DNA of 62,693 bases, filler included, from Chiloscyllium plagiosum (Eukaryota), in the NCBI RefSeq assembly GCF_004010195.1. It is 4 parts of one record of this genome, joined end to end, with 100 filler letters (N's around TTAATTAATTAA, not from the genome) between each part and the next. Parts side by side here need not be neighbours in the genome. Positions count along the whole stretch, not along the records: positions 10,765 to 41,588 come from NC_057710.1; 3 more parts are not named here. One strand, given 5' to 3'. The notes beneath the pieces were generated by a model that had not been told where the DNA came from, made no database searches, and was given only the letters and a program-made list of their open reading frames with translations. Position numbers and translations under genes: made by a program. Of this stretch, positions 12,903 to 26,018 are shown one piece after another (position 1 is the first letter of the stretch; every line of letters begins with the position of its first letter).

Positions 12903-13250
12903 AGTCATAGAGTCATAGAGATGTACAGCACGGAAACAGACCCTTCGGTCCAACCCGTCCATGCCGACCAGATATCCCAACTCAATCTAGTCCCACCTGC
13001 CAGCACCCGGCATGTATCCCTCCAAACCCTTCCTATTCATATAACCATCCAAATGCCTCTTAAATGTTGCAATTGTACCAGCCTCCACCACTTCCTCTGA
13101 CAGCTCATTCCATAAATGTACCGCCCTCTGTGTGAAAAAGTGCCCTGTAGATCTCTTTTATATCTTTCCCCTCTCACCCTAAACTTATGCCCTCTAGTTC
13201 TGGACTCCCCGATCCCAGGGAAAAGACTTTGACTATGTACCCTATCCAAA
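12903..13250 (-). mobile_element. Young CR1 LINE 3' fragment inserted in an older minus-strand CR1 (~12310-13700)
   Basis: Tail AGTCATAGAGTCATAGAG; encodes RTRGHKFRVRGERYKRDL; matches the 3' end of the CR1 at 45400-45750. Confidence 0.85.
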
Positions 13251-14127
13251 GTCCTTCAATATTTCTTGTTTTTTTATCAATGTGGATAACATCACACTGT
13301 CTCAATGAGTGCAACATTCTTGCCAACGTACCCAACCTATTTCTATCCCTCTGCGGCCTCTTTCCATCCTTCTCTTACTTTCCCATAAAACTTTGTCTCA
13401 TCTGCAAACTTGGATAAATTTGGATAAAACTCAATTTGATCATCTAAGTTATTAATATCAATTTTAAATCACTGAGTCCTCCTAAATATAGCTTGTAAAA
13501 CTAACAGTATCCTGTTTATTCCAACTGTTTAAGTTCTGTCCATGAATCAATCTCAGTTCATGCTGGCACATTACCTCCAATCCATGGGCCCTAATTTTGT
13601 GTATTAGCTTCTTGTGGGGCACTCTTCAAATGCATTCTACAAATGGATAGAACCTACTGGTTTCCCCTTAGCGCTCACGGTCTAAAGAAATTCTGGCATA
13701 GACTTGGTAGCTGATTTCTGTGCAGTGACTCCATGATTCTTTACCTAACTTGAAAGGAGAGTGTGTTCAGTTCACTAGCACTAATAACGTCTTGCACGTA
13801 AGACCTTTTAAAAAAAATACACCTTGCCAACTGCATTCTTCCCGTTTTAGGGTTTCAAAACTACAATGTACCCTTTGTGCTGAGAGTTAAATGAGTAATT
13901 TGCAGAGTTACTTCAATTTGGTAATTGTACATATAGAAAACAGAGTGATAAAAGACAGAAAGTTGTTTCCTACAAGGATCACTGCTATTCACAATTTGCA
14001 TTAACAGTTTATACTTTGGAACCTAAAGTGCAATTTCTAAATTCATAAATGCTATCAAGGTGGGAGGATTGCCAATTCTGAGAAGGTCTGCAACCCCTTA
14101 ACAGGAGGACAGTGATAAACTTACTGA

Positions 14128-14422
14128 GTCATAGAATAATAGAATCCCCTACAGTGTAGCAGCTGGCCATTCGGCTGATCGAATCCACACCAACCCTCCA
14201 AAAAGAATCCCACCCGTCTCTGTCCCCATAACCTGGCAATTCCCATGGCTAATTCACCTAACCTACACATCCCTGGACAGTATGGGCAATTTAGCATTGC
14301 CAATCCACCTAACCTGCACATCTGTGAACTGTGAGAGGAAGCCACAGCACCCGAAGGAAACCAATGTAGACACAGGGAGAACATGCAAACTCCACACGGA
14401 CAATTGCCTGACGGTGGAATTG
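14128..14422 (-). mobile_element. HE1-type SINE, head truncated
   Basis: Reverse complement of the HE1 core and tail. Confidence 0.75.
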
Positions 14423-15159
14423 TCAGCAAATAATTGCCAAATGAAATTCAATGCAGATAAATGTGAGGTTGTACATTTTGGTAGGACGAATAGGGAGGTC
14501 ACATGGAAGATGCCTGTAGAGGAATAAGGGGATCTCAGAGTACAAATACACAATAATGAAAGATTGTGACAGTGATTAGCATGGTCATAAAAGGGAACCA
14601 AACACTAGTTTATATTTCTAGAGGGGTAGAATTGAACACAAGTGATGTTATGCTAAACCTATATCAAATCCTGGGACAGTTGCACATTCAATACTACTTG
14701 CGGTTCAAGTCATTATATTATAAAATATCAAGGTGTGGGAGAAAGTACAAAGAAGATTTACAATGATGATACTATAAATTCATGAGTATGCACATCAGGA
14801 AAGGGTTATCGGTCATTTGAAAAAAGAAGGCTGAGATAAGGCTTAATGAAGGTTTTAAAAATTATGAAGGCTTTGTACAAAGATCATGTTTCCTATTGGA
14901 GATGAGCCTAACTATAAGGTATCGGTCCCTTGGTAGTACAGAACATGAATATTTCTGAAAAGAGATGTATTGATGAAAAGGGACAGGTTGCCAAACTTGC
15001 ATTTTGTGTTCATCAGGATAAAAACAGCCAAATTTCAAACAACTACAACAGATTTTACTGCAGGAGGAACGGGTACTGATTGGTTGCAATTTCAACTCTT
15101 GATTGGCTGAGGGGTTGCCATTGAGAAAGCAAAGGAAAACTGTAGGCTTCTAAAGCTTC

Positions 15160-15460
15160 ATTCTGGATTAGTGGTGCTGGAAGAGCATAGCAGTTCAGGC
15201 AGCATCCAAGGAACTTCGAAATCGACGTTTCGGGCAAAAGCCCTTCAGCAGGAATAAATGCAGTGGGCCTGAAGCAAGGTGGGGGAAGGGGAAATGAGGA
15301 AACTGTTGAAGTCCACATTGATGCCCTGGGGTTGAAGTGTTCCGAGGCAGAAGATGAGGCGTTCTTACTCCAGGCGTCTGGTGGTGAGGGAGCGGCGGTG
15401 AAGGAGGCCCAGGACCTCCATGTCCTCGGCAGAGTGGGAGGGGAGTTGAAATGTTGGGCA
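15160..15460 (-). mobile_element. Penelope-like 3' fragment (end of GIY-YIG domain + pLTR)
   Basis: Minus strand encodes QHFNS..HSAEDMEVLGLL..RLIFCLGTLQPQGINVDF; decayed hammerhead at 15224-15251 (CTGCTGA...GAAACGTC). Confidence 0.8.
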
Positions 15461-15584
15461 GTGTATTTCAGAAATGGTGCAAGGCTTAAACATATTCCTT
15501 TGTTTTCAGAGAGTCAGAGTCTGCCTCAATATGCGTGTGTAAGTGTAAATAAACCATGTTATAAGCTCTACTGACTATCTTAAA

Positions 15585-17262
15585 TTGATTTGGAGATGCC
15601 GGTGTCGGACTGGGGTGTACAAAGTTAAAAATCACACAACACCAGTTTATAGTCCAACAGGCGTAATTGGAAGCACACTAGCTTTCAGAGCGCAGCTTCT
15701 TCATCAGGTGTTAGTGGAGGACAGTTCCGACGTGCCACAGCAAGGAACCGTAATGACCTCCTCAGGAGACAGACACGTGCTGCAACCGACAGGGTACCCT
15801 TCGTTGTTCAGTACTTCCCAGGAGCTGAAAAACTATGCCATGTTCTTCGTGACCTGCAGCACATTATCGATGAGGATGAGCACCTCGCCAAGACCTTCCC
15901 GACATCTCCACTTTTTGGCTTTAAACAACCGCCAAACCTCAAGCAAATCATTGTTCGTAGCAAGCTGCCCGGTTCTCAGGACAACTCCGTACAACCCTGT
16001 CACGGTAGGCGCTGCAAGACGTGTCAGAGTGTGGACCTAGATACCACCATTACACGTGGGGACACCTCCCACCATGTACGTGACAGGTACTCATGTGACT
16101 CAGCCAACGTTGTCTATCTTATACGTTGAAGGCAAGGATGCCCTGAGGCATGGTACATTGGGGAAACCGAGCAAAGGCTATGACAACAGATGAATGGGCA
16201 CCGCACAACAATCAACAGATAAGAGTGTTCCCTCCCAGTTGGGGAACACTTCAGTGGTCCAGGACATTTGACCTCAGACCTTCGGGTGACCATCCTCCAA
16301 GGCGGACTTTGAGACAGGCAGCAGCAAAAAGTGGCTGAGCAGAGACTGATAGCTAAGTTCGGTACCCATAGGGAGGGCCTCAACCGGGACCTTGGGTTCA
16401 TGTCACATTTGCACTATACAGACACTTATATACACACACACACATGCAGGCACTCCTATACGCATACATACACGCGGACACACATATACACAGACATGCA
16501 CACAGCCACTCACACACACCCTTACAGACACACACTCCCACACTCTCACAGACTTGGACCACTCTACACTCATGCACACACATATACACTCTCTCTCACA
16601 GACACTCACAACCCCCCCACCCAGCCACACGCACACACTCCCACAGTCACATGTGCACCCCTCACCGACTTAAGACACTCTACACTCACTACACACACAT
16701 ATACACTCTCTCTCACACTCACAACCCCAACCCAGACAGACAGACAGACACACACACACACACACACACACACAGAGACAAAGACCCACATGCACATATA
16801 TATTTTGAGGGGGAACTTTGTACTTGCAGAGTTACATTGTACTTTGCTCAAAAACTGCATGGATTCATGTAAAACTCTGTTATCTCACTTTTTAGATTAG
16901 AATAAATCTAAACATCATGGCATAGACAGAGAACACAGGGGGCTAACACCTCTAACATATTGTCTAGCTAACACCCATTGTTACAGCTAACCTGAGAATG
17001 CAACTTTTTAAAAAAAAGGTTTCGTGATTTACACATGAAAGAAGTGAAACTATCATGGTATTCGAACAGATGAAAGACTTAACAGACAATCAAGGTCTTT
17101 TTCAATGTATAATTTTAGTTACATCACACTGTAAATTTTTGCTATAAATTCTGTGCCTTAGAATTGTGTCCTCCACTATCACCTGATGAAGGAGTGGTGC
17201 TCTGAAAGATAGTGTGCTTCCAATTAAACCTGTTGGACTATAACCTGGTGTTGTGTGATTTT
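15585..17262 (+). mobile_element. Penelope-like element: inverted 5' pLTR piece, Cys-rich linker + GIY-YIG endonuclease pseudo-ORF, CA-rich tract, 3' pLTR
   Basis: 15729-16410 translates to PCHGRRCKTC...SANVVYLIR*RQGCPEAWYIGETEQRL...HF...GLN with in-frame stops. ~15625-15720 is inverted relative to ~17170-17262. TATCTTAAATTGATT occurs at 15576-15590 and 17263-17277. Confidence 0.88.
16415..16800 (+). repeat. Degenerate (CA)n-rich tract inside the Penelope-like element
   Basis: Runs of CACACA/CAGA; source of the H/T- and C/V-rich spurious ORFs. Confidence 0.9.
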
Positions 17263-17299
17263 TATCTTAAATTGATTGTTAATGTTCATTTTCTAGTCA

Positions 17300-18560
17300 T
17301 TCACAGGATTGCTTATCACTGGCCAGGCTCGTTTTTATTGCCTTTGAGAAGGTGGTGATTAGCTGCTTTCTTGAATTGCTGCAGTCTGTATGGTGTAGGT
17401 ACACTTACTCTTAGTGAGGGAGTTCCAAAACTTTGACCCAGGAGCAGAGATATAGTCTGAGTCAGGATGGTGTGTCTTGGAGGGGAAGTTGAAGGTAGTG
17501 GTGTTCCCATGTACAGGCTGCCCTTGTCATTCTCTCTGGATTCATGTCTGCGTGGGTTTCCTCCCACAGTCCAAAGATGTGTGGGTTAGATGAATTGGCC
17601 ATGCTAATTGCCCATAGTGTCCTGGGATGTGTAGGTTAGGTGAAATGCAGGGTTACGGGGATAGAGTGGTAGAGGCCACAGGTTTGGAAGGCGGGAGAAG
17701 CTTTGGAAGCTGAAAGAGCCCTTGTCAGTTGCTGTCATGCATTTTGTAAATTGTAGACACTTCACACTGTCCCATTGGTGGAGGAGTGAGTGGTGAAGGA
17801 GTACTAATCAACAGGGCTTTCAAAAAGATGTCAAACTGATGATGTCGTTGGAGCTGCCCTCATCCAGGCAAATGGAAGTATTCCATCGCACTCCTGACTT
17901 GTGCCTTGTCGATTAGGGAGCTAGGGTGCAAATTATTCATTGCAGAATTCCCAGCTTCTGATCTGCTCTTGTAGCTGTTATATTTATAGGGGCTAGTCCA
18001 GTTCCATTTCTGATCAGTGGTAACCCTAAGAAGTTGACAATGGGGAATCCAGCAATGGTAATGAATGGCAAGAGGAGATGGTCATTGCAAGGCACTTGGG
18101 TGTGTGAATATTACTTGCCACTTATCAACCTAAATCTAGACATTGTCCAATTGTTGCTATATGCAGACATGGACGTCTTCAGTTTCTTGCAGAGTCTGGA
18201 ATAGTGCTGACCATAGTGCAATCATCAGCAAATGTCCCCACTTCTGACCTTACCATGATGGGAATGATTTTGATAAAGCAGTTGAAAATAGTTGAGCTTA
18301 GGACAGTGACATGAGAAACCTGTGCAACAATATCATCGAGCTGAGAGAATTCCATAGCAAACTACCTTTATGCCAGGTATGACTCCAACTAGTGACGGGT
18401 TTTCCCCAATTCCCCGTGACTCCAGTTTTACTTGGGCTCCTTGATACCATCCATGATCAAATGGACCCTTGTTGTCAAGGACAGTTACTCATAGTTCACC
18501 TCTTGTGTTCAGCTCTTATGTTGATGACTGCAAGAAGCCTGTAATGAGGTCAAAGGATTG
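17300..18560 (-). mobile_element. Degraded CR1/L2-clade LINE 3' part with an HE1 fragment (17545-17670) inside
   Basis: Minus strand ends ..LQQFKKAANHHLLKG, a LINE ORF2 C-terminus-like peptide; antisense RT remnants further along; boundaries approximate. Confidence 0.55.
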
Positions 18561-18965
18561 GAGACAACAGTCTAAACCTAACTGGAGGAAACAGCTTACA
18601 AACTTTATTGAATTTCATTTGTTACAAAAAGAACAAGGATTACATTTTTATTTAGATTTCCTTTTTTATTGTGTATTTTAAGCAACTCTGCTTTTCACAT
18701 GATATGAGGCAGTGTCATACTTAACGACAAAGCTTACACAATGCAAATCGAGTGGAAATTAACTGATTAGGGTGGTATCAAATGCAGCAAAATTCTTGTA
18801 TGAAAAGAGAACTCGTAAAGGATGCCAAATCTATTAGTAAAAATGCATTTTTATAAATCTGTTAAAATAAGATAAAAGCACAATAAGGGTGAAATAGGGT
18901 TACATTGAAGTGAAAGTGAAGCTTCTGTGCAATGAAGAATCAGAAATGGTAGGCTTATTCAGTTA

Positions 18966-19167
18966 ATAGAGTGGTGCTGGAAAAGCGTAGCTGGTCACGC
19001 AGCGTCCGAGGAATAGGAAAACGACGTTTTGGGCAAAAGCCCTTCATCAGGTTTTTGCCCGAAATGTCGATTTTCCTGCTCTTAGGATGCTGCCTGACCA
19101 GCTGTGCTTTTCCAGCACCACTCTAATGTAGACTCTGATTTCCAGCATCTGCAGTCCTCACTTTTGC
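18966..19167. mobile_element. Short fold-back Penelope pLTR element
   Basis: Inverted arms AGAGTGGTGCTGGAAAAGC... / ...GCTTTTCCAGCACCACTCT; hammerhead remnants at the centre; 12-bp TSD CTTATTCAGTTA (18954-18965, 19168-19179). Confidence 0.85.
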
Positions 19168-19289
19168 CTTATTCAGTTAGTATTTTGAACCTCTTTCCAT
19201 AATGGGAATACCAATGACACAATCGATCTTAAGTCGGAGACCTGAACTCAGTTTATCTGATATATGTGAAAAGGGTAATGGAGAGAATA

Positions 19290-20245
19290 GTGTGACTGAA
19301 GATAGATAAATCTCTCAGAGCTGATAGGTTCCACTTCAGGATGTTACAGGAAGCAGTCTGAAAATTGCAGATCTGTGAGTCAGTTTTCTAAATTTTTGTA
19401 GATTTCAGAAGAGTTTCTCACTGATTTTGTGGTGTTATTGGAATCTGTCATGACAGACAGAGTAACTGAACATCTGAATAATTCTCAGTAGGCCAGGATG
19501 TGTGATGGGTAAACCATGTCTGATTAACTTTTGTTTTGAGGAGATTGCTAACATGGTAGATCGACAGTGTAATTTTTGTCTGGCATCAAAATGGGCATTC
19601 AGGAGGATTTAACAAGAGTTTGCGCAAGACGTTGACAAAATCAAGACCTCATGAAATTGATCACCATGTGACATGATTGGATAATTAGTTGGGAGGTAGG
19701 TGCCAGATTATGGGGAAGAAGCAGGAAAGAAACAGTTCCTGTAGATGGAGGGATGTGACTGATGACAATCCCCAGATATTTTTTGTATAGAATAAAGGAT
19801 TAGACCACTGTTTATTCAATTTTAATAAATTGTGGTAATTGGAACAGGAAAGGAAACTAAATAAGAAAATGGACAAAATAATAGCAAAAGAGATTTAACA
19901 TGCTCAAGTTGGGGTATGGACCTTGAAGAAAACTTTTTTTAAACAAACTTGGAAACATAAAGGAACAAAGAAATTAAGCATTCGAGTACACAGATCATTT
20001 AAAGCTGACAGGTGATAGAAAGAGCATTCAAAATGCTGATGGCATATTGACCTTATTTGAAAGAGAGCCATGATGTAATACTCGAGGTGTAATAGGACTT
20101 GGTCTTAAAAAAGTATGTTTCAATTACATAGAGGCCTTGATCACAATTGGTGTACTGTGTTCAGCTTTGGGCTAACACCTCAAGAAAGATATATATTGAC
20201 CATGATGGAGGTGCATTGGAGCTTTTCCAGAATGATAACAAATTT
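19290..20245 (+). mobile_element. Highly degraded CR1 ORF2 remnant
   Basis: Traces of DKS.G.D..H.R.L and CL.N..F.E.. motifs; many indels. Confidence 0.5.
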
Positions 20246-20259
20246 TCAAGAGTTAAGGA

Positions 20260-20870
20260 CTGGCTCAGTGGTTAGCACTGCTGCCTCACAGGTCCAGTTC
20301 CACCCTTGGGCAACTGTTTGTGTGGAGTTTGCACGCTCACCCTGTGTCTGCATGGGTTTCCTCCCACTGTCTAAAGATGTGCAGGTTAGGTGGATTTGCC
20401 ATGCTAAATTGCCCGTAGTATCCAAGGATGTGCTGGTCATGGGAAATGTGGGGTTATGGGATGTAGTGGGGGCTGAGTGTGAGTGGGATGCTCTTGGTTG
20501 GTTTGATTAGATTAGATTACTTACAGCGTGGAAACACCACCTTCGGCCCAACAAGTCCACACCGACCTGCCACCCACCCAGACCCATTCCCCTACATTTA
20601 CCCCTTCACCTAACACTACAGGCGATTTAGCATGGTCAATTCACCTAACCTGCACATTTTTAGACTGTGGAAGGAAACCGGAGCATCCGGAGGAAACCCA
20701 CGCAGACATGGGGAGAATGTGCAAACTCCAGACAGTCAGTTGCCTGAGGCGGGAATTGAACCCGGGTTTCTGGCGCTGTGAGGCAGCAGTGCTAACCACT
20801 GTGCCACCGTGCCGCCCATCTTGATGGCCTGAATGGCTTCTTTCCACACTGTAGGATTTCAGTGATTCTA
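20260..20870 (+). mobile_element. Older HE1-type SINE split by a younger antisense HE1
   Basis: Head and core at 20260-20500; tail resumes at 20820-20870. Confidence 0.75.
20505..20817 (-). mobile_element. Young full-length HE1-type SINE
   Basis: Minus strand starts GGGCGGCACGGTGGCACAGTGGTTAGC; (AATCT)n tail. Confidence 0.9.
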
Positions 20871-20983
20871 AGTACAGGAAGTTAAATTAAACTTTCTACA
20901 CTTGTATGGCAACCTGGTCAGTATCAAAATGGAAAACATGTACTGTGCTGGTTAATGCATCAGGTGAGTATTTACAATTTTAA

Positions 20984-21349
20984 TAGAATAAAATAGAATC
21001 CCTTCAGTGTAGAAATAGGTCATTTGACCCATTGAGTCCATACCAACCCGCTGAAGCGCATCCCACCCATACCTACCACCCCACTCCAACCCCTTAACCC
21101 CATATTTCTCATGGCTAACCGACCTAGCCTGCACATCCCTGGACACTATGGGAAATTTAGAATGGCCAATCCACCAATCCCACACATCTTTTAAACTGCA
21201 GAAGGAAACTGGAGCACCTAGAGGAAACGCACACAAACACGGGGAGAATGTGCAAACTCCACATTGATAGTCACCCAAGGCTGTAATCAAACGTGGGTCC
21301 CTGGGCACTGTGAGGCAGCCGTGCTAACCAGTGAGCCGCTGTGCTGCCC
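20984..21349 (-). mobile_element. HE1-type SINE
   Basis: Reverse complement of head, core and tail. Confidence 0.85.
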
Positions 21350-24300
21350 TGAATCATTTGGAGATCAAATCCAGTATTTCAAATTATCAAAGTTAGAATA
21401 GGCCATTTCCCAAGTGTGCAGATTTACCTGATAAATGCTGTTTAGGAGATGAGTTCTGTTCTTTTCAGCAGTAAGATTTCACAACTAACCAGTTGCAAAA
21501 TTGTTAAAAGAAATTCAAAATTTTCAGGACCAGTTAAAAATGACATTTTTTGGAATGACAATTTTTTCCTTAATTGTAAGATGAGTAGTACATTAGCGAA
21601 CAAGTTCAGAAAGAGTTAGGAAGTGAACTTATAAACATGCAGTAATAATTAACAACAGACTTAGCTTTATCTTTAGAAGATAAATTAAGGTTAGCTCAGT
21701 AACCTTTGCCATCTGTCCCAAACCAGATTGCTTCATTCTGGAAAAGTTTACTAATAATACTGGAATCTTCACCTTAGGGCAGGGGCATATATGTTGCACA
21801 ACTTAATGGTATATTTAGATATGCTCCAAGAAAGCACTCTTAATTTGAAAGTTTTTGCAGTCAAGTCATCACGTACTAATGGACTGAACTTTGAAATTAT
21901 TTCCAAATGGACCAATAACAAAGTGTATTGTAACTCAGTACATTGTGTCTTATAATCTTCTTTCTACTTATGCATAACATCTGATTGCCAGTGAGTCATA
22001 TTTTTCTTGTAAGCATTACAGAAAGAATGCAGAAAGAGTGAAAGTCTGCTTCACTGAAGGAGAGAGAACATAAATATTATCAGCAGTCTACATAAAATTA
22101 AATTGTGTTCCATCTTCTGTTTAGAACAGATAAAGTACCACAGAGGATATGACAATGGACTCACAATCCAGACAACAGGATAATTCGCACTAGCAGGCCT
22201 TGCATAGTTACTGATACAGCTTGGGCTGAGGGAGTGTGAGGCAATGGTAAAGTAGGCAGTTGAAAACATAGATGGATTAGTACAGGACCTGGGCAAATGC
22301 AAAGTCTGTGGAGTTGAAGGGGAGGGCTACCAAGAAGGGAATATTTATATTTGGGAGTTTACGAAGACAGTGTCACTGATCCTATTGGAAATTAAAATGA
22401 AATGTCTGTGAACACAGCTATAGTGGGCAGGGTACATGTTTCTTTCTGTGAGGGAAGGAGCTTCAAGTTCGAGCAATGTGAGATGTTACAAAAGATACAC
22501 CATTACGGAGACACCTGTATGCTAAAGCTGAAGTACATCTGCGTGTCATACATACATTGTGAACCTTGGGTATTAAACTACTACCAGTCTGAATGCTTGC
22601 ATCAAGTACTCCTGACCATATCAAACAGGATAATGAATGAATCCCAGTAATACTGTGATGCAATAGAAATATTTGTCCACCTGGAAAGTAGCAGTCACCT
22701 ATGATTTACCCATTGCCTGCACAGGGTACAGGAGCTGCTCACTTCACACCTTGGATCATGGAACATTGTGTAGCTCTAAGGTAGATGAACTGTGTACCTT
22801 CAATGCTGCAGTTGCAGCTAGTCAGAGACTTGTACTTACACTGATGGTGAAAAATGTAATTCTGTTTACAAATGTGAAAACATTGACAGGTCACTTGTGT
22901 TGACAGAAAAAAATTTTCATCTTTTTATTCCTTTTCACTACATCTACAGTGCCAAGTTCAGCAACTAGAGTGTAGGAAGCCAGATGTCCTTGAAGTTTGG
23001 TCATGCACCCTGGGTGTTTTTTGTTTTAGAAGGCCCTGACGTGCTGAATGTGTCCTGCCCAGAGGCCCAGTGTCCTGTCCCACAGAGCTTGGAGTGGCAG
23101 GCGTGGTGAAGATGGATGGCCTGGCCATCTCTAGACGATCCCAAGAGAAATCTTCTGCGGGACATGTATGGTTCCTACCCTACTGGCACCATCTTTTCAC
23201 CATATGAGGAAAGGGGGCATAGAGTGGGGCAAGATTCCTTGTCATCCTGTGACCTTGCCAGTGATGGTGAGCTAGAGCGATGAAAAACAGTTCTGTGCAT
23301 GTATCCAGCAGACTGAGGCTGCTTGACCTGCATACCAGCCATCAGCCTGCCCATGGTGAGAGTTTACTTATGAATGCTTGAGGAAGGAAGGTTCCAACCA
23401 CATTGTTGCAGTCCTGCAATCTTTATTAGGTTAGCCAGTGCCCCTGATGAAACTGTCCGATGCTCCTGTGTCTGTTTCTGAGTGTTAGTGAGGTCCCATT
23501 TGCTGACACCATGGGCTCATCTCCTGCCTCGGGCTAAGCCTGGTCTATGAAGTGGGATGGTTCCTACTAGGCCAGCTGTCAGGGTGCAGCAGTGAAGTGC
23601 TCACTAACAGATACTCCTGACTCTGATCTTGGTAAAATACCACCAATGTGAGACAGCAGGCAGAAGGTGTTGGCACTTACCTGGCACAGTGGAGAAGATC
23701 CTTGACGTTCCTACATTATTGGATATTCCAATAATGAAATATTGGAATATAAAGGGATTCAGTCTTGATTGTTCAAGCAGCAGCCCAGCATTTACCTTTC
23801 AACCTGTAATGAACATTGAAGTACAACACTGAAGTATCACTATTTAGGTAAAACTTTATTTCTTATTCTGGTGGATGTAAAAGATCCCAAGGCCCTGGTT
23901 CAGAAAAGAGCAAGCAGTTCTCAGGTATTCCTGCCAAGCATTAAAGACAAAAAAAAATGACAATTTGATCATCCATCCCAAGGTTATTTATAGATCCCTG
24001 CCAGGTGCAGATTGGCTGTGGTCACAATGCCCATCGAGGTTTTCTGAGGATAATGCTTGGCACTTCTCAAACTATGGTTCTTTCTTTCACTTGATGTTTT
24101 TTCTATGTTGAAGTATGATTTTCTCTGCAGCTTCAGAGAATGAGATTGCTCCTAAATCAAGAAAATGCCTTTAAAAATTACTTGTACAAGAATCTCACAT
24201 GCACCCAAATTTGCACAAAGCCACCTTTATATTTTACACACTTGCACATTTTCCCTTTAATCAATTATGGTCCATTAAGTTAATGTCAAAAACATATCAT

Positions 24301-24851
24301 AGGTTTATGAACATGCACAGACATCTTGTGGGCACCTAAACTTTCAGACAATGTCTTCACCATCACTGCAACAGGCAGTTCATATTTATTGACCTCAGCC
24401 AATCCGACATGGATTACTATCTTGTAATATGTACATGATAAAGATAAGTAAATATTGTAGACACTTCTCCTGTCCGAATCTACCAAACCCCAGCCTATTC
24501 AATAATAGACTTTCTTTCAAATCAATGTCCTTAATTATGTGTATTAACTTCATCCATCAAGTTTAAAGTGATTAGCAATATAACAAGTTCCTTTTAAAGT
24601 AATCTTGGGACCTGCTGTTTTTCTGAAAGAAACTTTTGGATTCATGTTGAGTAACTTTAAATCTCTAAGATCATGACTACAATTTAAATCTGCTTACTGT
24701 TAACCTAATACTTTTTGTATGGTATTTTGAGTACATTATACAACATCCTGAGATTTTAAAAATCGAATAGGGTTTTTATTTTTTTTAATTATTAAAATTT
24801 TCCATTACATATTGACTCTTGATACTTGCTTTAAATTGTTGTAACTTTTAG

Positions 24852-24935
24852 ATTTACCATCCGGCCCTTGCAGTTATCGATTAGAAGAACTAGCCTACAC
24901 AAGAAGTGGTGACAAAGGCAACACTGTCAATATCG
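24852..24935 (+). CDS. AtuA-like protein, exon C (DLPSGPCSYRLEELAYTRSGDKGNTVNI)
   Basis: CTTTTAG acceptor, G|GTAACT donor, 84 nt, phase 1 to 1; hallmark LA..RSGDKGN..NIG motif. Confidence 0.93.
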
Positions 24936-25675
24936 GTAACTAATGTTTATATGACTGAGTCCAGCTGTTCTTATGTTTTTATCTGAATAATTGTAAGAAA
25001 GGTTCTTCAGTAATCACTTTTCTAAGTTATATTTGATAAGTTTCACTTTGAAAATAAAATATAATTTATTATCAGTACTGTGGCTTGGTGATAATGTTTT
25101 GCTGATAACCATGCCTGTACTATTGAGACCAAACCGTAAGCACGACAAGTGAGATAATGCTCATGGATAGTTACGTCTAAATTACCAAGTGCACTCCCCA
25201 CCTAATTGTAAATTTGTAGACTCAGGCTAATTATTAGATTTCTTTATTTTGTTAAATATTGTCTAGCATCTCTAATTTGACATCTGGAGTGCAGCAGACT
25301 TGCAGTGGATGTCTCCTCCTTGAACCTCACTTCCTGCCCCAACATGTGTATCAATGTTTCAGCTCCAACATGCTGGCTTCCAGCATGTCTCCTAGATCCT
25401 TGTGCCCAAACCACAGCTTCTGTTTCTGACCCCTGGAATGCAATCCCATTCTTTGATGCATGGGTTCTGCACAAGTTCCCAAACTTTGACAGTTCTCACT
25501 CCCACCTCCTCTCGCCCCACCTTTATCACAATACAGTAGACCAACTTCTTCGTTCTACTGTTGGTAGCAAACATTCATCAGCCACCATCAGTGATGCTGT
25601 TGTTTATGTTCTGTTGATCATTCTAGATGTCCCAAAGTGCTTCACAACCAATTATGTTCTTGTAGTGTAATACTG

Positions 25676-26018
25676 TAGAATTATAGAATCCTACAATCTG
25701 AAAGCAGGCAATTCAGCCCATCAAGTCCACACTGACTGTCCAAAGAACAATCCACTCACACCCCACACCCATACCTTATCACTGTCATCCTGTATTTCCT
25801 GTGGCTTATCCACCTAACCTGCACATTACTGGACTCTATGGGCAATTTAGCATAGCACATCCACCTAACCTGCACCACTTTGGACTGTGGGAGGAAACCC
25901 ATGCTGACACGGCAAGAACGTGCAAACTCCACACAGACAGTCACTTGAGGCTGGAATCGAACCCGAATCTATTATGGCATTGTCGATGCAGCAGTACTAA
26001 TCACTGAGACACTGTGCC
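25676..26018 (-). mobile_element. HE1-type SINE
   Basis: Reverse complement of the HE1 core; B box GGAATCGAACCC on +. Confidence 0.8.

Noticed and set aside
16331..16900. His/Thr- and Cys/Val-rich ORFs up to 189 aa
   Set aside because: Translations of the (CA)n tract; only the first ~27 codons are Penelope ORF end.
22920..24180. Strong-looking acceptors near 22949 and 24130 as extra AtuA-like exons
   Set aside because: Both reach a stop within 15 codons in the required phase; exons B and C already join in frame.
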